Assembly (NCBI GenBank): GCA_049424145.1
Contig: JBMSSC010000016.1
Location: forward strand, 1-30,743
Direction of reading: 5' to 3'
DNA: 30,743 nt
From: Bdellovibrionia bacterium
Lineage (GTDB): Bacteria > Bdellovibrionota > UBA1018
The notes under the pieces: generated by a model
The model's input: the letters and a program-made list of their open reading frames with translations, nothing else
What the model was told of the DNA's origin: nothing
Database searches by the model: none
Shown here: piece after piece, positions 1-8,413 of the stretch
Numbering within the stretch: position 1 is the first letter of the stretch
Layout of the letters: each line of letters starts with the position of its first letter
Translations under genes and position numbers: made by a program

Positions 1-117
1 CTTCAGAGCAGAAAACCACGTCCCCACGGACTCGGTCAACCGAAATAGAAAGGGGGGAATCGGGAGTAAACCTGAGGCCTTCCGTTCTCAACACCCAGCC
101 TCGGATCCGAAACGGAG

Positions 118-1704
118 TTAAGCCACCTCTTCAGAGGAACCGGGTCGAGGGATTTTTCGCTTATCGAGCTTATATTTTTCAACCTTCATGATCAATCCGG
201 CCCGAGAGATCCCCAGCTCCTTTGCCAGCCTACTTTTATTCCAGTTGGTCCGCTTTAAGCCTTCTCGGATCATCGTCTTTTCTAACTCTTCTAGGGTGTC
301 CTTGAGTTTTCCAGCCACACGAACGCCTTGCACCTTGGACTGCTCCCCAAAGTCTCGAATCCTGGGAGATAAAAGCTCAGCCGGAATTCTCTCATCCTCT
401 CCACTTAAAACAATCAGGCGCTCCACTTCATTTTCAAGCTCTCGAATATTGCCTGGCCAAGGGTAATCGAAGATCTTTTCCATGGTTCTTTTGGCAAAGC
501 TCTTGAGCTTGACGTTCTTCTCCTGACATCCTTTGGACAAGAAGTGGTCAATCAGGATTGGCATATCCTCTTTTCGGTCACGAAGGGGAGGAACAACCAG
601 GTTGATCACGTTAATCCGATAGTACAAGTCTTCTCGAAACGTCCCATCTTCAATCATTTCTTTTAAATCTTTATTGGTTGCCGCCACGACTCGGACGTCC
701 ACCTTCCTCTGCTCGGTCCCCCCCACAGGAGTGAAGGTTCCTTGCTGAATCACACGCAGCAACTTCACTTGCATCGACAGCTGCATGTCACCAATTTCAT
801 CGAGGAAGAGAGTTCCATGGTCCGCCGTTTCAAAGAGTCCCTTTTTATCCTTCACCGCTCCCGTGAAGGCACCTCGAACATGACCAAAGAGCTCGCTATC
901 GAGTAGGTTTTCATTAAAAGCTGAGCAGTTGACCGTGACAAACTGAGCTTTTTTTCTAGGTGAGTTAAAATGAATGGCTCGAGCGATCAGTTCTTTCCCG
1001 GTACCATTCTCCCCCTGGATCAAAACGGTGGACTCGGAGTTTTGGATCTTATCCAAAACCTGATAGAGGTCTTGCATGGGCTTGGACTTCCCAATCATCT
1101 GATCATAACGGTAGCGGTTGCCCAATTGATTATTCAGGGAGTGAATCCTCTCCTCTCGTTTGGTGATTTCCGTGTGAAACGTCTCGATCTCCTCAGCCAC
1201 TAGGTCCACGAGCTCAAAAAAGTACTTCTTTTGAGATTCCGACAACGTATGAAGTTTTCCAGCAGCCTGAGCAAACAGTTCGCCTTCGAGTCCAAAGGCG
1301 TCCATCGTCGTTTGAATCTGAGCCTGAGTTTTTGGGTCCATCTCGTTTTCAATAAACGAATAGGCCACCACACTTCCTAGGAACTCCTTGTCCACGACAA
1401 TCCGAGAAATGAATAATTTTTCAATGCCCGCGGGCCCGTTTAAGATCAAATGATTTTGATCTGTTTTGAGCACTTTCTCATTGGCCTCCACCAGACACTG
1501 GCTGAAGAGGAGTCTTCCTCGTTCCTTCTTAAAAAATGCAGAAGCAAGGGGATTTTTCAGTGAAGCATCGGCTTGAGTGAGATCGAAGTTCTGAATTTGA
1601 CCTTTTTCATCCACAAAGAAAATATCGGTCTCAAACCATTGGGCTAGGATCTGCTCCAGCTTTTTAATCACATGGATATGCTCTAACTCTTCCCAATTGA
1701 TCAT
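118..1704 (-). CDS. Sigma54-dependent transcriptional activator (bEBP) with N-terminal PocR-like sensor domain, AAA+ domain and Fis-type HTH
   Basis: Walker A GENGTGKE, GAFTGA loop, Walker B LFLDEIGD, FREDLYYR, WPGNIRELEN and C-terminal HTH (NKSRLAKELGISR). No receiver domain. Start moved from 1728 to ATG 1704 (MINWEE), which follows an AGGAGAGG SD. Confidence 0.93.
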   Translation of the reverse strand: MINWEELEHIHVIKKLEQILAQWFETDIFFVDEKGQIQNFDLTQADASLKNPLASAFFKKERGRLLFSQCLVEANEKVLKTDQNHLILNGPAGIEKLFISRIVVDKEFLGSVVAYSFIENEMDPKTQAQIQTTMDAFGLEGELFAQAAGKLHTLSESQKKYFFELVDLVAEEIETFHTEITKREERIHSLNNQLGNRYRYDQMIGKSKPMQDLYQVLDKIQNSESTVLIQGENGTGKELIARAIHFNSPRKKAQFVTVNCSAFNENLLDSELFGHVRGAFTGAVKDKKGLFETADHGTLFLDEIGDMQLSMQVKLLRVIQQGTFTPVGGTEQRKVDVRVVAATNKDLKEMIEDGTFREDLYYRINVINLVVPPLRDRKEDMPILIDHFLSKGCQEKNVKLKSFAKRTMEKIFDYPWPGNIRELENEVERLIVLSGEDERIPAELLSPRIRDFGEQSKVQGVRVAGKLKDTLEELEKTMIREGLKRTNWNKSRLAKELGISRAGLIMKVEKYKLDKRKIPRPGSSEEVA

Positions 1705-1873
1705 TGCTCTACCCTCTCCTGATAGCATCGGACGAAATTGGACAATTATTGAGAAAAAAATGTAAAGAAAGGTGTCAAAGGGTGTTTCTGCAGTTGATCC
1801 AAGGACTTAGACCCAGAGCCTTCGTCTACGTCCGAACCCAAGCCGAAGGCTCGATTGGGTGATCAGGGGGGAC

Positions 1874-2485
1874 TTAAGACGGCGTATTTTGATCCGATAT
1901 CCACCGCCGGAGGGCTTTTTGAAACTCCGGTTGATCCCAGGGCTGAGGGCCGACCCATTTTTGGACGATTTTCAGCTCAGAGTTGAGCAGATAGGTTTCT
2001 GGGAACTGAAAGGATCCATAGCGATCGGGGACCTGGCCGCTGGGATCCAGAAGGGAGACGAAATGGGATAGGCTGGGCTGTGGGGGGAGAATCTTCTGAG
2101 CGTCCGACCAGTTGGAGTCCAGGCTCACGGCGACAAACTGAAGGGAACTTCCTTGCATCTGCTCAACAAGACTCAGCCATTGTGGAATCTCCTCTAGGCA
2201 CGGGGGGCACCAACTGGCCCAAAAGTGAAGCAGAACAGCAGAGCCTTTGAGCTTGCTCAGAGTGTGAGTTTTTCCCTGCGAATCCATCAATTCAAACCCA
2301 GGGGCTGAACGAAGGGAGGCCCCCTCCTGAGATGGGGAGAGGGGCTTGGAACGGAGACTGACTTTTGAGTGCGCCCCCTGGTTCAGGAGGACAGCACCCA
2401 GGATGAAACCCACCCCGCCCAAAACACTCATGACGCCCGCAGCGACGCCCACTCTCTTGTTTTCTCTTAGCCTTTGCACCTTCAT
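1874..2485 (-). CDS. TlpA/ResA-family membrane-anchored thiol-disulfide oxidoreductase
   Basis: LLHFWASWCPPC active site, AP-x-F-x-L motif, FPETYLL cis-Pro loop, N-terminal hydrophobic helix. The ORF-track extension to 2761 overlaps the HNH gene antisense, so ATG 2485 is preferred. Confidence 0.88.
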   Translation of the reverse strand: MKVQRLRENKRVGVAAGVMSVLGGVGFILGAVLLNQGAHSKVSLRSKPLSPSQEGASLRSAPGFELMDSQGKTHTLSKLKGSAVLLHFWASWCPPCLEEIPQWLSLVEQMQGSSLQFVAVSLDSNWSDAQKILPPQPSLSHFVSLLDPSGQVPDRYGSFQFPETYLLNSELKIVQKWVGPQPWDQPEFQKALRRWISDQNTPS

Positions 2486-2551
2486 CAGGTCCCTGATCCT
2501 AGGGTTTTCCGTTCCGTTTTTCAAGTTGCATCCCTCCTGCTGCAAGAAGGG

Positions 2552-2581
2552 TTGCAACCGATTTGAAAAACCCTTTATACT
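2552..2581 (+). promoter_or_regulatory. Putative sigma70 promoter for the HNH/ECF cluster (likely leaderless mRNA)
   Basis: TTGCAA (2552-2557), 18 nt, TATACT (2576-2581). ATG at 2588 lies 6 nt after the -10 with no SD. Confidence 0.55.
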
Positions 2582-2587
2582 TCCCCT

Positions 2588-3154
2588 ATGAGCCATGCGT
2601 TGCTTCTCAATGCGTCGTTTGAGCCCCTCCACATTGTTCCCTGGCAACGGGCAATGCAGCTGCTGTTTCAGGGCAAGGTGGAAGTGGTTGAAGAGTCCGA
2701 TCAAGAAGTCAGGACTGTCCGCTTCACCATGAAAATCCCCGCCGTCCTCCGACTGTTGCACTATGTTCCACTGACGAAAAAAAAGCAGATCGTCCGCTTT
2801 TCTCGGATGAACATTTTTTTACGCGACGGGTACGTGTGCCAGTACTGTGGAATCCGGTTCGCCAAAACGCAGCTCACGCTCGATCATGTGCTTCCGATTG
2901 TGCAGGGTGGAAAAAAGTCCTGGGAAAATATCGTCACGGCGTGTAAGCCGTGTAACCAAACCAAAGGGGGCCGAACACCGCAACAGGCCAATATGCACCC
3001 CATTCGGCGCCCTAAGCAGCCCATTTGGCTGCCCACGGCCAGCCTTCAGCTCGGGATCACTCAAACTCCAGAGCGTTGGAAAATCTACCTCAAACTCGAA
3101 AAACCCCCCTTAGGAGGCTCGAGCAATGAGGATCCCGGCTCGGCCTGGGACTAA
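2588..3154 (+). CDS. HNH endonuclease (McrA-like family)
   Basis: LLLNASFEPL N-terminus, RDGYVCQYCG, LTLDHVLP, GG-x-x-SWENIVTACKPCNQTKG: zinc-binding CxxC...CxxC HNH motif. Confidence 0.92.
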   Translation: MSHALLLNASFEPLHIVPWQRAMQLLFQGKVEVVEESDQEVRTVRFTMKIPAVLRLLHYVPLTKKKQIVRFSRMNIFLRDGYVCQYCGIRFAKTQLTLDHVLPIVQGGKKSWENIVTACKPCNQTKGGRTPQQANMHPIRRPKQPIWLPTASLQLGITQTPERWKIYLKLEKPPLGGSSNEDPGSAWD

Positions 3155-3178
3155 GACATCAAAGATGGGAGACCTTTT

Positions 3179-3673
3179 TTGAGCTCAGAGAAAACCCTCA
3201 CTCACTATGTTGAATCCTACGGGGATCTTTTATTTCATCTCTGCTCATCGGTTCTTAAGAACCCGCTTCATGCCCAAATTGCCTTGAAGTCCATCCTCAG
3301 GAAAATTCAAGCCACCCCTGCACACCGGAGCTTCGAAGTCTACGAGCGCAGTTGGGTTTTAAAAATTGCCTATGAACTGCTCCTGCAATTCTTCAAGGAG
3401 CATGGCTACCAGATTTCAGCTGAAGAACAGATCCAGCTGGACTCCAACCCCACGATCGAGCAGCGATTCGCTCATTTTGACTCGTATTTTCATCGACTCA
3501 GCATGGAGGATCAGATCTTGCTGATTTTAAAAGATCAACTCCAATTACCCTATCCTGAGATCTCGGGAGCGATGTCGATGCCGGTGGAGTCCTTAAAAAT
3601 GAAACGTCAACTGGCGCTAAGAACCCTACAGGATTGGCTGTGGGGCGGAAGGAATCTCAATGACCTGTTTTGA
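3179..3673 (+). CDS. Divergent ECF-type RNA polymerase sigma factor (or sigma-like protein)
   Basis: 164 aa. Region-2-like 'VESYGDLLFHLC...FEVYERSWVLKIAY', region-4-like 'LSMEDQILLILKDQLQLPYPEISGAMSMPVESLKMKRQLA'. Directly upstream of a ZAS anti-sigma. TTG start after GGGAGA. Confidence 0.7.
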   Translation: MSSEKTLTHYVESYGDLLFHLCSSVLKNPLHAQIALKSILRKIQATPAHRSFEVYERSWVLKIAYELLLQFFKEHGYQISAEEQIQLDSNPTIEQRFAHFDSYFHRLSMEDQILLILKDQLQLPYPEISGAMSMPVESLKMKRQLALRTLQDWLWGGRNLNDLF

Positions 3674-4580
3674 GCTTCAGAGGTACTCCTCGGACTTCCT
3701 GGACAATCAGCTTCAGGAGAGCCTTAAAAAAGAGGCTCAAAAACACGTCCATCGCTGTAAAGCTTGCTCAGAGAGACTCTCCCGCACCCAGCTCATCTTA
3801 AAACACTTAGCCGCCCAACCCCAACGCTCATTGCCTGAGGAGATGAGACGTCTTCCCGTCTTCACGCAGTTTTCAGCCGAAGAGGCCTCTCGCTGGGGAG
3901 CTTACTCCTGGAGACGTATCCCCTGGTATTTCAGAACGGGGATTCAAGCCTTGGGGGTGGTGGGAGGAGTACTTCTGCTGATCTCGTGGGTCCCTCAGCT
4001 CAAAGGCCTTTATGAAAAAAGCATTGAGCACCACCTGAGTGACTTCCGAGGTACATTAAACGTTCAAGAAGCGAGCTCTGACGGATTCGATGGCTCGATT
4101 CGAGATTCCCAGGGCTTTGAGGCTGCAGCCAACTCTAAGCGAACTCCATCCGAGAAGGGAACCCTAGAAGAAGACACCGATGAGATCCAAGGAGAGGATG
4201 ACTTTGACTCCGAGGGGCCAAGCCCCCGGGCCCTGCAGGTGGGAAACTCCCAGCTCTGGCGCTTCACCATTCAAACGGTCAGCCCTGATGAGCTGAGGCC
4301 CCAGATTGCTCAAGTCCTGGCGGAATTAAAACTTTCCTCCAGTTCAGCGAATCTCAAAGGCACCCAGGTTCCTGGCGGAATTGAGTTTGAGATGATTGTC
4401 CCGCTTGCCTTAGTTTCCAACATCAAGCAATCCCTGGAGAAGATCGTGGCCAAGATGAGCCAAGCCCCTGAGGAAACAGTGGATTCATCTCGAATTTTCT
4501 CCTGGTATAAGGTCAAATCGCGGAAAAAACTACCCACAGGCATGTCAAAAGTTGTCATCTGGATTTCTCAGCCAAACTGA
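3660..4580 (+). CDS. Membrane-anchored anti-sigma factor with zf-HC2 (ZAS) domain
   Basis: MTC...FLDNQL...HVHRCKAC (HxxxCxxC), one TM helix (ALGVVGGVLLLISWV), acidic linker and C-terminal extracytoplasmic domain. Overlaps the sigma gene by 14 nt. Confidence 0.8.
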   Translation: MTCFELQRYSSDFLDNQLQESLKKEAQKHVHRCKACSERLSRTQLILKHLAAQPQRSLPEEMRRLPVFTQFSAEEASRWGAYSWRRIPWYFRTGIQALGVVGGVLLLISWVPQLKGLYEKSIEHHLSDFRGTLNVQEASSDGFDGSIRDSQGFEAAANSKRTPSEKGTLEEDTDEIQGEDDFDSEGPSPRALQVGNSQLWRFTIQTVSPDELRPQIAQVLAELKLSSSSANLKGTQVPGGIEFEMIVPLALVSNIKQSLEKIVAKMSQAPEETVDSSRIFSWYKVKSRKKLPTGMSKVVIWISQPN

Positions 4581-4583
4581 GTC

Positions 4584-6131
4584 TCACCAATAAGGATTAT
4601 AATAAGGTTCGTCTGAGGATGAAGCTCCTGAAGCAGGAGTTTGAGGCCGAAAACCGGGAGAAGACCCCCCTCGAACTACACCCTGAGAGGAACCCTGAGT
4701 TGCCGTTTGAGGCTTCAAGGGAGCATTGAGAAAATAACGATTCACGGGCACATCAAAAAAGTAGGCTCGTTTCACTTCTGAATCTGAGTTTTTATCCAGA
4801 GATCCAGAAGGAACAGCAACCATCTCCTCGTCTCCTGTATAAAATTTAGGCTGCTGAGGAGTAGGTTTCGTTGCCTGAGGAGATTGCAGTGTCTGAGGGG
4901 TCTGAGAAGTCCCCGAAACCCCAGGAAACGTGGCGGTTGTCGTAGTTGAGTTAAAGGCGTTCTGATTCGAGATGTACTGATTAAACGCATCGACCTTCTC
5001 TCCGCGCGCTTGATTGTAAAGAATACGCTCGACGCTTATTTTTTTAGGATCCTTCGACTCATCCTCTTTCACTTTCATCAACTCGGTTTGCCTCGTTTTG
5101 CCTTGCTTCTGACTCAGCAGGGTCTCGGTGAGATCATTCGGCGCATGATCTTTTTTTCGATCCGAACCAAAGTGTTTGTCATAGTAAGCCAGAGCCTTCT
5201 CATAGGCGACGCGGTCGTAGCGATTGGGTCCAGATTCAGGAACCTCAAAACTGCCTTTCGAAGGATCATTCGGATCTTTTGGAATTTTTTTAAATCGAAT
5301 GAAGTCATTGATGTCTGGCTTATAAATCCCAAATTGCTCGGCCATCACACCATCTTGAACTTGATCTAAGGAGTTAGCCTGCTGAGGCGCACTGAGCATC
5401 CGACCTGCTTTGTCTCTCAGTTCATCATACTTCATGAAATACGAACTTTGGGCCCACTTGGCCGAAGGGGAGCCCACTTCAATAGGAACGGAGCGATCGG
5501 AAGTGATCGATTTGGGGCCTTCAACCAGCCTCAGACACTGAGTCCGGTCCTCTGAGAACTGAGCACAAACCAATTGGTTTATGCTTTCATGATTTTTCTG
5601 AAGGGCTCGCCGGAGCCTTGGGTACCACAGCTGGTTCAGGCGGATGTATCGCTCCGCGCAATCATCCGTGTCTTCGGTGGGGCCACAAAAACTGCCCAAT
5701 AAACTCCGCTTTGAGCCTTGATCAGGAGAGAGAAGCAAAAAATCCATCTTTTTTCGGATATAATCGCCTTGAAGAGCGATGTTTTCATTTGCTCTTTGAT
5801 AATAACACTCCGGACCGCAACGTTCATATTGGGGATCAACGCTCAAGACAGGATGATTAAGAGAGGAGCCGGAATCAGGCGCCTGAGGCAGGACGCCTGA
5901 GGAAACCGGAGGGGCAGCAGGCCGATCGGAAGAAGCTTGCGACGGGGGTTGCACCAGCGACTGAGTGGAACCTGCACTGATTGAAGCAGGCCCTGTTGCA
6001 AACGCTGGCAGTACGCCCCCGGAAGCCGTTGCTAGAAAAGCCCAAAAAAGGAGTGAGGGCGAATCTGAAAGAACTGAGAACCTTGCATGACAAAGGAATT
6101 GAGCTGGACGTGATGCCTTTTTTAACCTCAC
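4584..6131 (-). CDS. Hypothetical secreted protein, Cys-containing, with low-complexity S/P/Q/T linkers
   Basis: 515-codon ORF. Hydrophobic segment ending LPAFA (signal-peptide-like), six Cys in the central domain, good upstream promoter. Exact start uncertain. Confidence 0.75.
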   Translation of the reverse strand: MRLKKASRPAQFLCHARFSVLSDSPSLLFWAFLATASGGVLPAFATGPASISAGSTQSLVQPPSQASSDRPAAPPVSSGVLPQAPDSGSSLNHPVLSVDPQYERCGPECYYQRANENIALQGDYIRKKMDFLLLSPDQGSKRSLLGSFCGPTEDTDDCAERYIRLNQLWYPRLRRALQKNHESINQLVCAQFSEDRTQCLRLVEGPKSITSDRSVPIEVGSPSAKWAQSSYFMKYDELRDKAGRMLSAPQQANSLDQVQDGVMAEQFGIYKPDINDFIRFKKIPKDPNDPSKGSFEVPESGPNRYDRVAYEKALAYYDKHFGSDRKKDHAPNDLTETLLSQKQGKTRQTELMKVKEDESKDPKKISVERILYNQARGEKVDAFNQYISNQNAFNSTTTTATFPGVSGTSQTPQTLQSPQATKPTPQQPKFYTGDEEMVAVPSGSLDKNSDSEVKRAYFFDVPVNRYFLNAPLKPQTATQGSSQGVVRGGSSPGFRPQTPASGASSSDEPYYNPYW

Positions 6132-6278
6132 TGCGAAGTTCCCCTTTCTTTTCTTTTTCCTGCCTCGAGCTGTTCCTCAAACCCACTCAGAGCCCACAGA
6201 GGAAGCATCGCCCAAGGAGCTTGGATCAAAAATCCTGAACCGATCCGACTGAGTCAATCCAGTCGTGAACGTTGCTTA

Positions 6279-6308
6279 ATTATATCATATATATTTAAAT
6301 TTTTTCAA
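6279..6308 (-). promoter_or_regulatory. Sigma70 promoter with extended -10 for the 4584-6131 gene
   Basis: Minus strand TTGAAA (6308-6303), 18 nt, TGA-TATAAT (-10 at 6284-6279) in an AT-rich block. Confidence 0.6.
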
Positions 6309-6420
6309 TTTTTCATTTGTTCCGTTGTTCCTCACTGAGCTCCTGAAACGAAACCTAAAAGCAGGTCTACCTCCCTCTTCAAAAAACCCGACCCACCTCA
6401 ATCAACTGAAACACTTGAGA

Positions 6421-6449
6421 TTGCACTCCTTCTAGGCTAATGGTACAAC
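6421..6449 (+). promoter_or_regulatory. Putative sigma70 promoter of the pan/coa operon
   Basis: TTGCAC (6421-6426), 17 nt, TG-G-TACAAC (-10 at 6444-6449). Confidence 0.5.
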
Positions 6450-6468
6450 GCGCTGCTATGGAGCAACA

Positions 6469-7536
6469 ATGATCCAAGACCCTCAGCCGCCGCCTCGAAT
6501 TCACTTGATTGGTTTTGGAAGCCAGGGATCAGCCTGGGCGCAGTGTTTAAAAACCTCGGGCTGGCAAACACGGGTTTACCTGCCTCAAACCCAGAGCACC
6601 TCTTGGCAAAAGGCTCAGTCCCTGGGGTTTGAACCCAGGCGCATCCAGGAGCTGGGCTCGGATCTCATGCAAGATGCTCCCAGCCACCCCCATGCTCTTT
6701 TGGCCTTGCTCTGCCCCGATAGCCAAATTCCGATCGTCTATGAGACGCACCTCAAGGATTTGCCTTTAGATCTTTGTTTGATCCTCGCTCACGGTTTTGC
6801 CCTGTACTCGTCGGATCTCCAACTGAGGGGTCCCCACCATCGAGCAGCGCTTTTAGCTCCCAAAGCCATTGGACCCAAGCTCCTGGAGAATTTTCAAAGG
6901 CATCAACCCACTGCCCACGGACTTTCGGCAGCGTTTTATGCTCCAGGCGTCAGTCCACCGAACGCCCAGGAGTTCAGGAGGCTCGATGATCCAACTCCCC
7001 TGGAGGACTTCAAGCGAGTTCAACAGGTGGCTCTGGGCTTGGGATTTCAACCACAAAACCTCATCCCCGCGTCGTTTGAGCAAGAGACCATCGGAGACTT
7101 GATCTAGGAGCAGGGTCTGCTTTGCGGCGGGATTTTTAACCTCTTGCTTGAAACGTTTCAAGCCATGGACTCCGCAGGAATTCCCCGCGCGCTCATCTGG
7201 GAGGAGTGCGTGACCGAACTGGAGCTCATTGCCGGGCTCATTCGAAGCCAAGGCCTTTCAAAAAGCTTTCAGGCCATTAGTCAAGCCGCCCAGTGTGGAA
7301 CCCTCAGCATGGGGGAGAGCCTTCAGAAGGCAGGACTCAGGGACCTGTTTCAATCTCAAGCCCAGTGGATTCGAGAGGGAGGATTTGCTGAGTTTTTCAA
7401 GTCAGGCGAGTGGAAGGGCAAGGCCCAAGAGTTTACTGGGATTTTAAGCCACTGGGAGTCCAAGCTCCGCACTGACCTCGAGCCCATCCCTCAAACCCTC
7501 TGCCCCCCTCAGAAAGAGAACAACACCCATGAGTAG
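6469..7536 (+). pseudogene. ilvC: IlvC-like ketol-acid reductoisomerase family gene (probable ketopantoate reductase role) interrupted by one in-frame TAG at 7105-7107; nonsense mutation, readthrough or sequence error
   Basis: IGFGSQGSAWA Rossmann motif, PD, LAHGF, APK-x-x-G, then FEQETIGDLI*EQGLLCGG and WEECVTELELI, matching KARI F.EETETDLFGEQ.VLCGG and FECLHELKLI. ORFs 6469-7107 and 7144-7536 are in the same frame and join into 355 codons. Confidence 0.85.
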
Positions 7537-8413
7537 TAGCCTCACCACCAAGCCCGTCACCGTCAAATGGGTTGCAGCCCAAAAGGGAAGACAAAAGTTC
7601 ACCATGCTTACGGCCTATGATTACCCCACTTCCGTTTTACTCGATGAAACCGGAGTGGATCTTTTATTAGTCGGCGACAGCGTGGCCACCGTCCTCTTTG
7701 GCGAGCCCAACACGTTATCCGTTACGATGGATGATCTGCTTCGCCATACTCGAGCAGTGACGCGAGGAGCAAAACGGGCCATGGTCATTGGGGACATGCC
7801 TTTTATGAGTTACCAGGTGAGCGCTGAGCAGGCCTTAATCAATGCCGGCCGCTTTTTGAAAGAAGGCTTAGCCCAGGGAGTGAAGCTCGAGGGCGGAAAA
7901 GAAATGGCAGAGCCGGTTCGTGCCATCACACGAGCAGGAATTCCTGTGATGGGACACATTGGACTGACGCCTCAGAGCATTCACGCCCTGGGATCCTATC
8001 GGACTCACGGAAAAACAGAGACCGAGCAGACCTACCTGCTTGAGTCAGCCCATGAGTTAGCCGAAGCCGGAGCCTTTGCATTGGTGCTGGAATGCGTTGA
8101 GGAGTCCTTAGCTGCTCGCATCACCCAAGAAATCAAAATCCCCACCATTGGAATTGGCTCAGGTCCCGCCTGTGACGGTCAAGTTCTAGTGACGCATGAT
8201 TTAGTGGGACTGACGGCAGGACGAGTGCCCCAGTTTGTCAAGCCCCTGGCAGCGCTCAAGATTCCGTTTCAGCATGCGGTCTCAGAGTTCATCCAAAGAA
8301 CCAAAAGCCTACCCATTGTGAATCCCAACATTCAACCCGAGCTCCCCTCCCCTGGACTGGTGCGAGACCTCCCTTTGACTCCCTCAGAGCCCAAAGATGT
8401 TTCTAGCCATTGA
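7529..8413 (+). CDS. panB: 3-methyl-2-oxobutanoate hydroxymethyltransferase
   Basis: MLTAYDY, LLVGDSV, GDMPFMSY, VKLEGG, GHIGLTPQS, PTIGIGSG, DGQVLVTHD. Confidence 0.97.
   Translation: MSSSLTTKPVTVKWVAAQKGRQKFTMLTAYDYPTSVLLDETGVDLLLVGDSVATVLFGEPNTLSVTMDDLLRHTRAVTRGAKRAMVIGDMPFMSYQVSAEQALINAGRFLKEGLAQGVKLEGGKEMAEPVRAITRAGIPVMGHIGLTPQSIHALGSYRTHGKTETEQTYLLESAHELAEAGAFALVLECVEESLAARITQEIKIPTIGIGSGPACDGQVLVTHDLVGLTAGRVPQFVKPLAALKIPFQHAVSEFIQRTKSLPIVNPNIQPELPSPGLVRDLPLTPSEPKDVSSH

Noticed and set aside
1..94. Possible start of a minus-strand gene (GTG 94, VLRTEGLRFTPDS...) leaving the window
   Set aside because: Only 31 codons are visible with a weak SD; no product can be assigned.
2521..2560. 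Sigma54 promoter from the repeated TTGCA motifs
   Set aside because: No GG at the required -24 spacing on either strand.
2486..2761. N-terminal 92 aa of the TlpA ORF in the ORF track
   Set aside because: Antisense overlap with the HNH gene and its promoter; no TlpA-like sequence.
2588..3154. HNH gene as IscB/Cas9-like, homing or mobile nuclease
   Set aside because: No RuvC motifs, CRISPR repeats, transposon ends or intron context; it matches the common stand-alone McrA-like family.
7105..7107. Genome-wide TAG reassignment (alternative genetic code)
   Set aside because: map, rpmJ, rpsM, rpsK and rplF end with TAG at or near their expected C-termini, and no other gene in the window has an internal TAG.
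7144..7536. Independent 130-aa gene starting at TTG 7144
   Set aside because: It is the in-frame C-terminal KARI domain. Conserved EQxxLCGG lies upstream of the TTG and there is no SD at suitable spacing.
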